Assembly: GCF_001194135.2 (NCBI RefSeq) | Contig: NC_069002.1 | Span: 30,749,039-30,813,038, forward strand | Source of the DNA: Octopus bimaculoides | Lineage: Eukaryota | Length of the DNA stretch: 64,000 bases | Direction of reading: 5' to 3' | In this document: positions 49,319-61,302 of the stretch, piece by piece | Position numbering within the stretch: the first letter of the stretch is position 1 | Layout of the letters: each line of letters starts with the position of its first letter | The notes under the pieces: model-generated | Seen by the model: the letters and a program-made list of their open reading frames with translations, nothing else | Databases searched by the model: none | Told to the model about the DNA's origin: nothing | Position numbers and translations under genes: made by a program

Positions 49319-50594
49319 CACTAGCTGCAAAAAGTGGAAGAGGGAATATTGCTTATTAGCTCAAGGAAACTTTCTGTTGTTATGTGATGAAGGTCACATG
49401 TCAGTGAGTGTTTGAGAGCTGCCTTTTATGAGACAGAGAAGACCAAGTTTGTCAAACGAATTTTTAATGTTCAGCTAAGAGAGTGATTAACAAAGCTAAT
49501 TACTTTAAATTGGTAAAAGGTGTAAGATTGTGAACGAGTTGTCTGGAGTCAATAGTAAAATGCATTGAGAGACAAAAGAAAATGATTCGGTGTGAAATAG
49601 CTTTACATAATTCATCATCATTATCATCGTTTAACGTCCGCTTTCCATGCTGGCATGGGTTGGATGGTTTGACTGGGGACTAGTGAGCCAGATGGCTGCA
49701 CCAGACTCCAATCTGATCTGGCAGAGTTTCTACAGCTGGATGCCCTTCCTAACCTCAACCACTCTGAGAGTGTAGTGGGTGCTTTTTTACGTGCCACTGG
49801 CATGAGGGCCAGTCCGGTGGTACTGGCAACGGCCACGCTCAAATAGTGTTTTTTATGTGCCACCTGCACAAGAGTCAGTCTAATGTTTTGTTCACAGGCC
49901 ACCGGCACGAGTGCCAGTAAGGCAAAGCTNNNNNNNNNNCATGCTGGCATGGGTTGGATGGTTTGACTGGGGACTAGTGAGCCAGATGGCTGCACCAGAC
50001 TCCAATCTGATCTGGCAGAGTTTCTACAGCTGGATGCCCTTCCTAACCTCAACCACTCTGAGAGTGTAGTGGGTGCTTTTTTACGTGCCACTGGCATGAG
50101 GGCCAGTCCGGTGGTACTGGCAACGGCCACGCTCAAATAGTGTTTTTTATGTGCCACCTGCACAAGAGTCAGTCTAATGTTTTGTTCACAGGCCACCGGC
50201 ACGAGTGCCAGTAAGGCAAAGCTGGAAACGATCGCACTCAAATGGTGCTTTTTACATACCACCGGCACGGAAGTGAGACTGCTGCTCTGGCAGGGATCCC
50301 ACTCGGATGGTGCTTTTAGCACTCCACTGGCATGAGTGCCAGTCATCAAATTTAGTTCAGTTTTGATCTCCCTTGCCCTAACAGGTCTGACTTTAGTGTC
50401 CAATGAAGGAAGGTTGGCATGGGTGCCAGTCAACGAATTTGGTTCACATATATTAAATACCACACAACATAAATTTCTTGTGCAACTTCCACAAATTTGC
50501 AGAATTGCCTCATGGCAAATGAGAGCCACTCCATAAACACACCAGCACAGGTTGTCAAGCTAAGGTGGGGTCACAAAGACATGCACACATGTAT

Positions 50595-50655
<61 letters not shown>

Positions 50656-52116
50656 TAATAACAATAAATGGAGCAAAACGCATATAAATAAAAGTTCCTC
50701 TAATTCCTACATATGTTTCAAAATATATGTGTACTCTACTCCAAAGAAGTAAGAGCTGCTGGAATTCCACATATATTCATTGTNNNNNNNNNNNNNNNNN
50801 NNNNNNNNNNNNNNNNNNNNNNNNNNNNNNNNNNNNNNNNNNNNNNNNNNNNNNNNNNNNNNNNNNNNNNNNNNNNNNNNNNNNNNNNNNNNNNNNNNNN
50901 NNNNNNNNNNNNNNNNNNNNNNNNNNNNNNNNNNNNNNNNNNNNNNNNNNNNNNNNNNNNNNNNNNNNNNNNNNNNNNNNNNNNNNNNNNNNNNNNNNNN
51001 NNNNNNNNNNNNNNNNNNNNNNNNNNNNNNNNNNNNNNNNNNNNNNNNNNNNNNNNNNNNNNNNNNNNNNNNNNNNNNNNNNNNNNNNNNNNNNNNNNNN
51101 NNNNNNNNNNNNNNNNNNNNNNNNNNNNNNNNNNNNNNNNNNNNACCCATGGTAACTATTAACATATTTACATTGTCAAGGAATTTTTAAACTGAGATAA
51201 TATTAATATATACATAAACTAATATATATATGTATATAATCATAAATATATAGGGATTGACAGTAACCTGCTTCTCCAACATACTGAGAATTCAGAAATA
51301 GCAGTCAAAGAACTACTGATTTCAAAACTACAAATTATTACTCTAGATTGATAGCGATATTTTTGATACATACTGAGCTACCCGGCAAAATTATTAATTA
51401 TTAATTTTATTACTAATTGACGATTCCCTGCCCTGCATATCTATATATGTATATATATATAGAAAATGAGATTCTTTCAGTTTCCAGCTACCAAATCCAT
51501 TGACAAGGCTTTGGTTGACCTGAGGCTATAGAAGTGTGGACTGGGTGCTCTTTTCCGTGACACCAGTACTATTGAGGTCGCTGTGCATTTTGCAAGACTA
51601 TGCACCCTGGGGGAGGTTGGGTGGAGGCAGCTTCATGCAAGGGGACAAGGGGATTACTATGAGAAGTGGGGTGGGTCAAACAGGTTCTTGTAGGAGAAAG
51701 AGAGAGAGAGATCAGTAGAAGCTGCAAAAGAAAATGGCAATGAGGTACCCAGGTAGCTCCACAAGGCAAATAATTATAAGTGAGAGTGTGGGTCGGTTGC
51801 AAGATTGCATGAGGGAATGGGGTGGCAGAGTGCCAAAAAGGGGTAGGATTGAAGGATGAATGAACAAACAACCATGAACTGGTGAAGATAGATGGATGCA
51901 GAAGAGAGAGAGAGTGGAGATGGGTTTGAAGGGCAGAAGTAGTAAAGATAATACAGCTGCCAGGGAGGGGAACAAGAGAGAAAGAGGACATGGTTGGGTA
52001 GTCTGGTAAGAGCCAGATGGGAGGGGAAAGAGTCAGGTATTATGCTTGGGAGAGAGGGATGAGTCATTGTAACAGGGGTGGAGAGCATGAAACACAGCAG
52101 TTACAGAACTCGGTTT

Positions 52117-52250
52117 CATTGAGGAGGGAGAGTCTTTTCAAGAACCTCATATTGCCAGAAATCCTAATCCTTTGTCACTTCTGGAAGGCTCAGGGTCCTG
52201 AAGTCAGCCACTTCATCCCATGTCTTCCTAGGTCTCCTTCTGCAAGTTCC
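52117..52250 (-). mobile_element. RTE LINE C-terminal fragment
   Basis: The reverse strand reads RRPRKTWDEVADFRTLSLPEVTKD*DFWQYEVLEKT. Confidence 0.7.
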
Positions 52251-52554
52251 AGCTACATTAAGTGATTGGCATTCCCTTATAAAGTTGTCCTCATGTGACC
52301 AGACTGTTATACCATAGGAATGAATAATGATGTTGTGTGCTCAGATAATGATTTTATTAACGAATGAAAAATATTGCAATATTTCCAAAATGAAGTGTAA
52401 GATGGTAAAAAGTAATTCCAATTGTGCACCATGTAAATGAATAAGACTGTACGAGGAACAAGCGCCAAGAGGTGAAAAAGAATAAAACCATAAAATGAGA
52501 ATGCATAAAAAATATCACCTGATGGAGTCAATAAAGTGCCACACGATTGAAGAA

Positions 52555-52850
52555 TTTTATTTATTTATGCTCCTTTTAAAGCCTAGCCAGGCTCATGGGC
52601 CCGGTTTCCCGGTTTCTATGGCGTATGTGTTCCCCCCAGCTGGACGGGACACCAGTCCATCGCAGCGTTACTCAAGAAACAGGAAGAAAGAGTGAGAGAA
52701 AGAGTACAACAGGGGTCGGCACCACCCCCTGCCAGAGCTGTGTGGAGCTTTAGGTTTTTTCGCTCAATAAACACGTCCGGTCTGGGAATCAAAACCGCGA
52801 TCCTCCGACTACGAGTCCGCTGCCCTAACCAGTGGGCCATTGCGCTTCCA
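52555..52850 (-). mobile_element. SINE with a family-B head and a different 3' half
   Basis: Head and body match the 2299/9877/59176 copies up to cttcctgtttct, then diverge into ctgcgatggactggtgtcccgtccag...catagaaaccgg...(taaa)n. Confidence 0.8.
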
Positions 52851-53570
52851 CAATTGAAGAATGGGCTTTGGCAAAAAGATAAACAATGTGGGAGTAGGAA
52901 AATGTCACATGATAGAATTGTGTCACATGATTGGATGAACAAAAATAGACAATAAACAATATTCTGTGTCTCACATACCATCACAGTTTTCCTTCTTAAA
53001 CCCAACATCTTATTCCTCTTATGCCCAGTTTTTCACTCAGCACTTTTGTACAAATTCTTTCACACACACACTGTACATTCAATGGAGCATGCTCACTTAT
53101 TTCTTCCCAGTCTTCTCAACTTGTCTGCATTCAAGGACAATGTCTCACTGCCATGCAGCATTGCAATCTTAACACAAGCATCATACAATCCACTCTTCAC
53201 CTTTGATGGAAAAGATCTTTGTCTACAGTGGTGGTAGCCTCCTGAACTTTAACCATTTCTTACCTGAGCTATTATACTTTCATCACAAAAGCTATCAACT
53301 ACTTTTAATGAGCCATCCAGACATTTAAGAGGCTAAATGTTTGGTGTGCTTGTAGGTGCTATTCCAGGGCATCTATCACCTATGAAGATTACATAATAAT
53401 AAAGAGAAGGGTGATGAGTGAGCCCCGATGCATACCCACCTTCATGCTGGGTTCCTCTGCTATTATCCTCACTAACTCCCATCTTTCTGACAACACTTCT
53501 GAACCTGGTTTGTACAGCTCTCGCATGCTATTTGCCTACTCCAAGCTTTCTCAGTGACCACCAACTCACA

Positions 53571-53849
53571 TCAGGGAACCCTTTCAAAGGCCTTCTCTAG
53601 ATCAACAAATGCCAACTGAGGGGGCTTATTCCTTGCTAGATACTTCTGTTGCTGTCTTGCAAGGAAGATAGCATCCACAGTACTTTCAGTGACCACAATC
53701 TCACAAATTGGAGGAGCCCTATCAAAAGGCTCCTCTAGATCAACAAATGCCAAGTAAAGGGACTTATTCTTGGTTAGATAATTCTGCAGTGGCCTAACTA
53801 GGAAGATAGCATCCATCGGACTTCTTCCTGGCACAAAACCAAACTGCAT
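53571..53849 (-). mobile_element. RTE reverse-transcriptase fragment with an internal duplication
   Basis: QFGFVPGRSPMDAIF...LYLAFVDLEEPFDR followed by a second DAIF...LAFVDLEKAFERVP. Confidence 0.85.
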
Positions 53850-54954
53850 TGCATCTATATTCTCTTCCTAATCAATTGTGCTACGACTCTTGATATAATC
53901 TTCAAAACCTGATCGAACAGTTAGTAATAATGATAATAATACCATCATGCATATTATCCTCAAACACTGCAGTCCATAGCTAACCCCTAAACTCATCAAA
54001 ACTATCAACCTCTCCCTCTTTGCAGGGATCTATCCTGATCTTTGGAAACACACTGAAGTGTATCGTGCTCCTAAGAACAGTGCTAGCATTAAGAAGTGCG
54101 GGGGAGGGGGGATTAGAGAAATGTCAGTGAGAACCCTCCACTCTACAAAAGCTGAAGATTGATGTTTTATGCTTCGTGTAGTACACCAATCCCAGTCAAA
54201 AAAGCACGGAAGACTTGAAGCTCTACCATTAGCCATGATGATACACTAAAAATTGAAAGCTCGCATGAAAGTTTTAATGTTTTATTACCAGTTGAGTGGG
54301 GGGGGGGCGTAACAATTTGAACAAATATGTCTAATTGGTTTCAAACCAGCCCTGCCTAACAATGCCAACCCTTCGGACCCTACCAACCACTGCTTTACTG
54401 CACTCACATCTAATATCTCTTAGATGATGAATGTGGAACGGTGAAGGAGATAGAGTTGGATGAGATTTGCCAAGTGTGTGTAGTGTGGAAGCGAAGATGG
54501 AGGCTTTCGGTATAGGGACTGTGTTCATGGAACTATTGTTTGTGTGAATTGGAGTGAAAGAAAATGGTTAATTCGGAAGATATTTGACATTTAATTAAAG
54601 TATGGCTGAAAATATTCATTTCAAACCATCCTATGCACAGCAGAAATTATGGAATTTCTCACTGCCAAGAAGTTAAAATACTTCTGGTTGGACAAGTACA
54701 GAAGCGGTTCTTGAAAATATCCCTGCTATATTTGGAGTAACTGAGTCTTTAATTCTATGGAAATTTGACAATGAATTGTGTTGGATGAGATAAAACTTAA
54801 AACATCTAACAAATATGTCATGAAAGAAATGCATATTTTCACATAAAAAAAAAGTTATCTCTCTCCTCAATGACTACCGATATGGTTTCCTTAAAGCCAG
54901 ATCCATTGGTGGCCTACCCTCCCCTGCCAATTACCAATGGGCTTTTTTGTTCAG

Positions 54955-55330
54955 GAGAAATTTGGTGAAAGCAAGGTCGTTACTTTTAACATCAGCAAAG
55001 CTTTCAAACCAGGTGTTGCACCAAATCTATCAGAACTGCTAATCTATGAGTTCCACTTGTCTTTCATTTCTTGGAAATGGAGTTTCCTGTCAGACAGCAC
55101 AATAACTGCATGCACTGATGGAACTATTTCTGCCCCTTGTTCTATCAACTCCAGAATGTATCAGGGTCCCTTTTTGCCCCTCCATTTCCTTCCTTCTATA
55201 CATCATCAATGACTTGCTTGCTGCCACATTCAACTACTCCCACATTTACACAAATGACTTCTACTCTTCATTCCTCCCAAATATTCTACCACCATGGATC
55301 ATCCACTCGAAGACCAAAATTATTTCAACA
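54955..55330 (+). mobile_element. Decayed CR1/L2/Jockey-like RT fragment
   Basis: GESKVVTFNISKAF...SFLSD...INSRMYQG...(fs)FLLYIINDLL resembles D.SKAFD, SFLS.R, GVPQG and L..NDL. Confidence 0.6.
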
Positions 55331-55859
55331 TCTTGGCAGCGAGAAATTCCATAATTTCTGATGTATTTATCACTAAAGGTGGTGAGATGGCAGAATCCTT
55401 AGCATGCCGGGCAAAAAGCATAGTGGCATTTCATCTGTCTTTATGTTCCAAGTTCAAATTCTGCCGAGGTTGACTTAACCTTTCATCCTTTCAGGGTCAA
55501 TAAATTAAGTACCAGTTGAGGACTAGAGTCGATGTGACTTAACCCCTCCCACCAAATTTCTGATAATAGAAAGGATTATCACTGAGGATCTCTCCTGATG
55601 AAAGCACATCCTTAACATATCTGGAATCCCATCCCAATAATGGATTCTTCTCTTCAGAGTCAGAAGGGGTTTCAGATTCCAACAACAACTGACACTCTAC
55701 AAAACTCCAGTGAGGATCACAAAGGAGGACTGCTCTCACATTCGGCACATCTGATTGGTATGAGGTCACACACACAGTCTGACATCCATTCATATCTTTC
55801 CTACAGCCGTCACCTTGCATAGGCTACAACCCCCATGGGCACTGTCCCATCCTCTAGAT

Positions 55860-56015
55860 CAGTGGTCCCAAACCTTTTATTTAAATGAGTTTTCCCACGG
55901 ATCTCTTTTAATATGCTTATCCTTACATATATGAAATTTTGAATTTAGTTCACGGACCCCAGTACTACCTTTACGGACCACCAGGGATCCATGGACCCCA
56001 GGCTGGGAACCACTG
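55860..56015. mobile_element. hAT (Charlie-type) MITE, 156 bp
   Basis: TIRs cagtggtcccaaacc and ggctgggaaccactg; 8-bp TSD ctctagat / ctctcgat (7 of 8 match, close to the NTCTAGAN preference). Confidence 0.8.
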
Positions 56016-56986
56016 CTCTCGATCAAACCAGACCAAAAGTACTGCAGTGGATTTAATATTCTTGTAATGTATTCTAGATGTGAATGGAATCATAATGGAA
56101 GACAACTTCTAATGAAGTGTGTGGAACTGGTTTATGTCCAAGGTTGGTTGTTTTTTTTTTCTTTTTCTTTGTTTTTGCTATCTTTCGTTATTGGAACAAA
56201 ACTGGCATTTAAAGAGAAAGTGAAAGAGAAGTTCTGCAGACTAAGAAAATAAACATTGATAATCTCTTCTCTGTTTTAATCTTTGTTTTAGTTAATATTC
56301 TAGCAGGATATGAAAACACCGATATGAACGGATCAATGTGAAAATATGTATAATTTTATTTGCATCTTTGCCAAAATATCAGAGAAATGAGAAAACGATA
56401 AATGGAGGAGTGAGAAACAAAAAGTACAAATAAAACCGAACAGATAAAAGAAAAAAAGTATAAAAACAAAACAAAAGACATTAACAGAACTTGTTGCTTC
56501 CATTTTGTATAGCAATGTCTGCAATCCATGAATGAGATTAAAATATTGCAGCCAAGAAATGGTTGGCAACAGAGAGAAATGGAGTTATATTGTTCTGTGA
56601 AACATTACGTGGTTTGTGGAGTTATCTGCAGTGAAACACAGAACAAAAAGATCCATATTCTTCGCTCTCTTCTTTTCCAGCTGAATTCCATATTCTCAGC
56701 TGTTGCCAAATTTATCTGGTGTCAGTGAAGAAATGACATAAAACTGTCGATGATGGAATGGTGGAATTTTAGAGAAGAGTTATTGGAGGAAGTGAGGTGT
56801 GAGAGCGGCCGAAAACAGTATATTGGCAGGACTAATGATTTATGCAATTTTTGCTATAACCATTTACATTAGGAGTTCAAATCCCAGCAAGGTTTACTTT
56901 ATCATTTAATTTCTCAGGAAGCTGAAGTAAGTACCAATAATATACCATAGTAACAAGAAGATATACCATAGTTATTTATATCATAG

Positions 56987-57316
56987 GAGAAATATATAGT
57001 CAAAGGTAAACCTCTGTACTTGGCTTTTGTTGACTTGGAGAAAGCCTTTGACAGGGTCCCCCGATCCCTTATCCGGTGGTCAATGCGGAAACTAGGGATA
57101 GACGAGTGGTTGGTGAGAGCTGTACAAGCCATGTACAGAAACGCTACCAGCAAGGTGAGGGTTGCCAATGAGTACAGGGAAGAATTCAGGGTACAAGTAG
57201 GGGTTCACCAAGGATTGGTCCTCAGCTCCCTCTTGTTCATCATAGTCTTCCAGGCAATAACAGAGGAATTTAAGATAGCTGCCCCTGGGAGCTCCTCTAT
57301 GCTGATGACCTTGTTC
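56987..57316 (+). mobile_element. RTE reverse-transcriptase fragment
   Basis: EKYIVKGKPLYLAFVDLEKAFDRVPR...VGVHQGLVLSSLLFIIV...(fs)ELLYADDL. Confidence 0.92.
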
Positions 57317-58125
57317 TGGGTTCAAATAGCAATGAGATCAAATTAACTTTTCACCCTTTTGGGGACAGATACATAAAGTACAAATCATGAATGGCGGAAG
57401 GGGTGGTGTAGGAGGGTCACTTTTTCTGTCATTTTTCACTGTCTTTCTTTAAGAAATATGGTTGTGATTAGATCTGAAGAGTGAGGGACTCTGCCAGGTC
57501 TAAACATACCTGACATGCCATGACCCCATAAGGGGTCTGGGCCCAAGGAAAGACAATATGATATATATGTGTGTGTAGCTGCAGGCGTGGCTGTGTGGTA
57601 AGAAGTTTGCTGCCCAACCACATGGTTCTGGGTTCAGTCCCACAATGTGCTATCTTGGGCAGGTGTTTCCTACTAAACCCTCGAAGCGACTGAAGCCTTA
57701 AGAATAGATTTGGTAGAAAGAAACTGAGAGAAGCTTGTCATATATATGATCATCACCAGCTAATGTCTGTTGTCCATGCTGGCATGGGTTGGATGGTGTG
57801 ACCAGAGCTGGTATGCTGCACTGGACTCCAGTCAGATTTGGCATGGTTTCTATGGCTGGATGCCCTTCCTGACACCAACCACTTTACAGAGTGGCACTGG
57901 GTGCTTTTATGTGGCACCACATGGGTGCTTTTATGTGATGCTGCACAGGCACTTTTATATGGCACAACCATAAATACTTTACATCACCAGAAGGATCGGT
58001 CTTAACACTTCTGCTGTGGGGTATGGGTCTTCTTGAGTATGGCCAGATGCCAGGTAAACCTTGGTCTTCCGTCATCTCAGCTGAAAGGTTACATGTATGT
58101 ATACATATATATATATTTTATATTC

Positions 58126-58165
58126 CTTTCTGTTGAAGAGTGTAGGCTCGAAACAAACATAAAAG
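58126..58165 (+). ncRNA. Minimal hammerhead-ribozyme-like motif (degenerate)
   Basis: cttt-CTGTTGA-a-gagt-gtag-gctc-GAAAC...aaaag: core-like heptamer, stem II, GAAA and complementary stem I strands. A6 is U and stem III is disrupted. Confidence 0.5.
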
Positions 58166-58413
58166 ACTTTCTCACTTTCCCAAGCATCAAACTAATACAC
58201 TTGCTTGTTGTTCATACACCTGTCTCCGTCTTTTGTTTTTCTATAAATTTCAACCATATATATATATAACGCCAACCATTCAGAGGGCATCCAGCTGTAG
58301 AAACTCTGCCAAATCAGAATGGAGCCTGGTGTAGCCTTCTGGTTTCACTAGTCCTCAGTCAAATCGTCCAACCCATGCTGGCATGGAAAGCGGACGTTAA
58401 ACGATGATGATAA

Positions 58414-58492
<79 letters not shown>

Positions 58493-59175
58493 TATGTGTG
58501 TGTGTACTCTTGTCTTGATGTCATGTGATGGCTGTAAATGAACATCACCATCATACAAGAGTGATGTTGTTCATTTTGGGTCTTTCAATGAAAAATATCT
58601 GACCATAACAAAATATGACCTTGCTTGGAAACAGTTGAGGGTTGGCAACATGAAGGACATCCAGCCACCGAAAAGCTGCCTCACCAAATTCAATCTGGCT
58701 CATGCAAGCATGGGAAAGTGGACATTAAATGATAATGAAGATGAAACTCGAATACCATCGTGTCTTCAATGCAAAACACATACACACAAACAGTTATAAA
58801 TCTATATTCCCTGATCTTTAAAATATGCTGGAAACAATGCGTTTGCATACGACCGGGAATCGGATTAAAAAGTGTTCAACTTGACCAACTTGGCAATGGT
58901 TCCGATCCAACAAGGTTCAGTAAATATTTACACAAGACATGATTACTAAGAGAACAAAGCTCTCACTGATATTGAATGACCATGTATAGGAGAGGGGAGA
59001 GAGAGAGAGAGACAGAGAGAGAGAGACAGAGAGAGACAGAGACAGAATGAGAGAGAGACTGCCTGGAGATTCTTTAAGTGAAACAAGACAAAATAAACAC
59101 TATCGAACAACAAAGGTTGGTGGAGAATCTATCATGCAATAATAGTTGATTAAAGTAGTGTATATATATCAGACG

Positions 59176-59556
59176 CTGGAGGCGCAATGGCCCAGTGGTT
59201 AGGGCAGCGGACTGGCGGTCGTAGGATCGCGGTTTCGATTCCCAGACCGGGTGTTGTGAGTGTTTATTGAGCGAAAACACCTAAAGCTCTACGAGGCTCC
59301 GGCAGGGGATGGTGGCGAACCCTGCTGTACTCTTCCACCACAACTTTCTCTCACTCTTACTTCCTGTTTCTGTTGTCCCTGTAATTCAAAGGGTCAGCCT
59401 TGTCACACTGTGTCACGCTGAATATCCCCGAGAACTACGTTTAAGGGTACACGTGTCTGTGGAGTGCTCAGCCACTTGCACATTAATTTCACGAGCAGGC
59501 TGTTCCGTTGATGGAACCCTTGACGTCGTAAGCGACAGAGTGCCAACAACAACAAC
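59176..59556 (+). mobile_element. Family-B SINE
   Basis: Same sequence as the 2299 and 9877 copies; (caa)n tail. Confidence 0.9.
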
Positions 59557-61302
59557 AACATCAGACACAGTGAAGGCACATGGCTCAGTGGTTAGAGCAT
59601 CAGACTCACAATCACGAGGTTGTAAGCTTGATTCCTGGACTGGACTGTGTGTCTTTCCCTCATAATACACACATTACACACACACACACACACATGAAGG
59701 GGTGCTGAAAAGTTCCTGGCTTTAATGGTATCACAAAAGGCCTAGTTAGAGGCCCAACCTTCCGAGTTCTTTTACAGGGTTCAGAAAAGCTGACAGTGTG
59801 TGATAGAAGACACTGTCCTCAAGTTGCCATGCAGTGGGATTGAACCTGAAACTACAGAGTTGATAGAATAATAGACTTGTCAGATAACAGATTCGTATGC
59901 TGTTACTGGTGTTGTATCATTTAGGCATGTAATTTTCAGTTATGTGCTCAGTCTACTTAACTGTAAAAAGGTACCACAGGCTGGTGTCATTCACTGCTGA
60001 GAACATCATTATGATAATCAATAACACTGTGTAAATTTACAAATAACTCATTAACTTGCTCCATGCTGTGTTTAATTATTCTCTGAGGAAAAGTTATCTC
60101 TGATAGATCTGTATTCTAGCCAAGGACAGAAGCCATAGACAATCACCGACTGTCAATAGGTCCTTGTGGTTTGGAAAAGGATTAGCATGGACTTACAAAG
60201 ACTTGGTGGAAATGCTCAGATATTTTTAGAATGGGCACACAAAAGAATTAATCTTTATCCAGGAAACCATTCTCTAATCTAACTATTTCAGTCTGAAGTA
60301 ATCAATAAATCCTCCAAAGAGTGGTTTTGTAGCAGATTACTTGCAAGCCTTCCTTATAGAAGTCCTACTCTCAACTTTGTCAGTGTGTGTTTCCCTCACA
60401 CATCACACACACACAGTTCCTGGCTTTAAGGGTATCAAAAAAGGCCTGGTCAGAGAACCAAACTTCTGAGTTCTTTTGCAGGGCTCAGAAAAACTGAAGG
60501 ACCACTGCATTAAATGTGTGAATTTGAGAGAGGAATATGTTGAATAAAATCATTATTAACTGATCCTCCTGCATTTTCTTTTACCCAAAGAGCTTTTCAG
60601 CACCCATTCGGATGCATATATGTGTGTGAATATACATACATGCATNNNNNNNNNNNNNNNNNNNNNNNNNNNNNNNNNNNNNNNNNNNNNNNNNNNNNNN
60701 NAAGATGAAAATTCATTCATTCAATACAGCTGTTGCAAACAATTTTTTTTTTTTTTATTGAGGAATAGAGTTATCACATCATACTAAAAAAATGTTTCCA
60801 TCGGATGAATATACACAAATTAGATATTTAAAAAGAGACATTTAAAGAATCAACATTACGTGCCCCTTCAGGATTCCTGACTAGCTTCGGCTGAATATAC
60901 CTCACTTGCAAACAAGTAAGTGCTGTTGACAGGGAAGGCATCCAGCTATAGGAAATTTGCCTCAACAAATTCTCTCTGATCCATATGAGCAGACATTGAA
61001 ACAACGATGTTTATAGGCGCATGTGCATGTGTGTGTGTGCAGACACATAAGTGCACATTCATTTGTCTCGATATCATGCAATACATAAAAAGCTAGAGTC
61101 ACTGTCAAAGTGGTGGTATCCTTCAATTCAGATCTTCTGTGAAACACGTGCAGACATGAGGGAATATTACCTTGCTTGAAAACAAGTGGGGGATTGGCAA
61201 TAGGAGGGGCATCTGGTCACAGAAAACCTGCATCAATGAATCCTGTCTGACTCATGTGAGTATGGAAAAGTGGACATTAAAATGATTATCTATCAATATT
61301 TA

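Noticed and set aside
49624-50529. 301-aa minus-strand ORF with a long perfect internal repeat
   Set aside because: It is an RTE 3' UTR. About 280 nt are repeated identically on both sides of a 10-N gap (49930-49939), which is a scaffolding overlap artefact.
56609-56625. 17-nt minus-strand segment between a strong acceptor-like tract and gtaatg
   Set aside because: No other exon or host gene on the minus strand could be identified; likely chance in pyrimidine-rich DNA.
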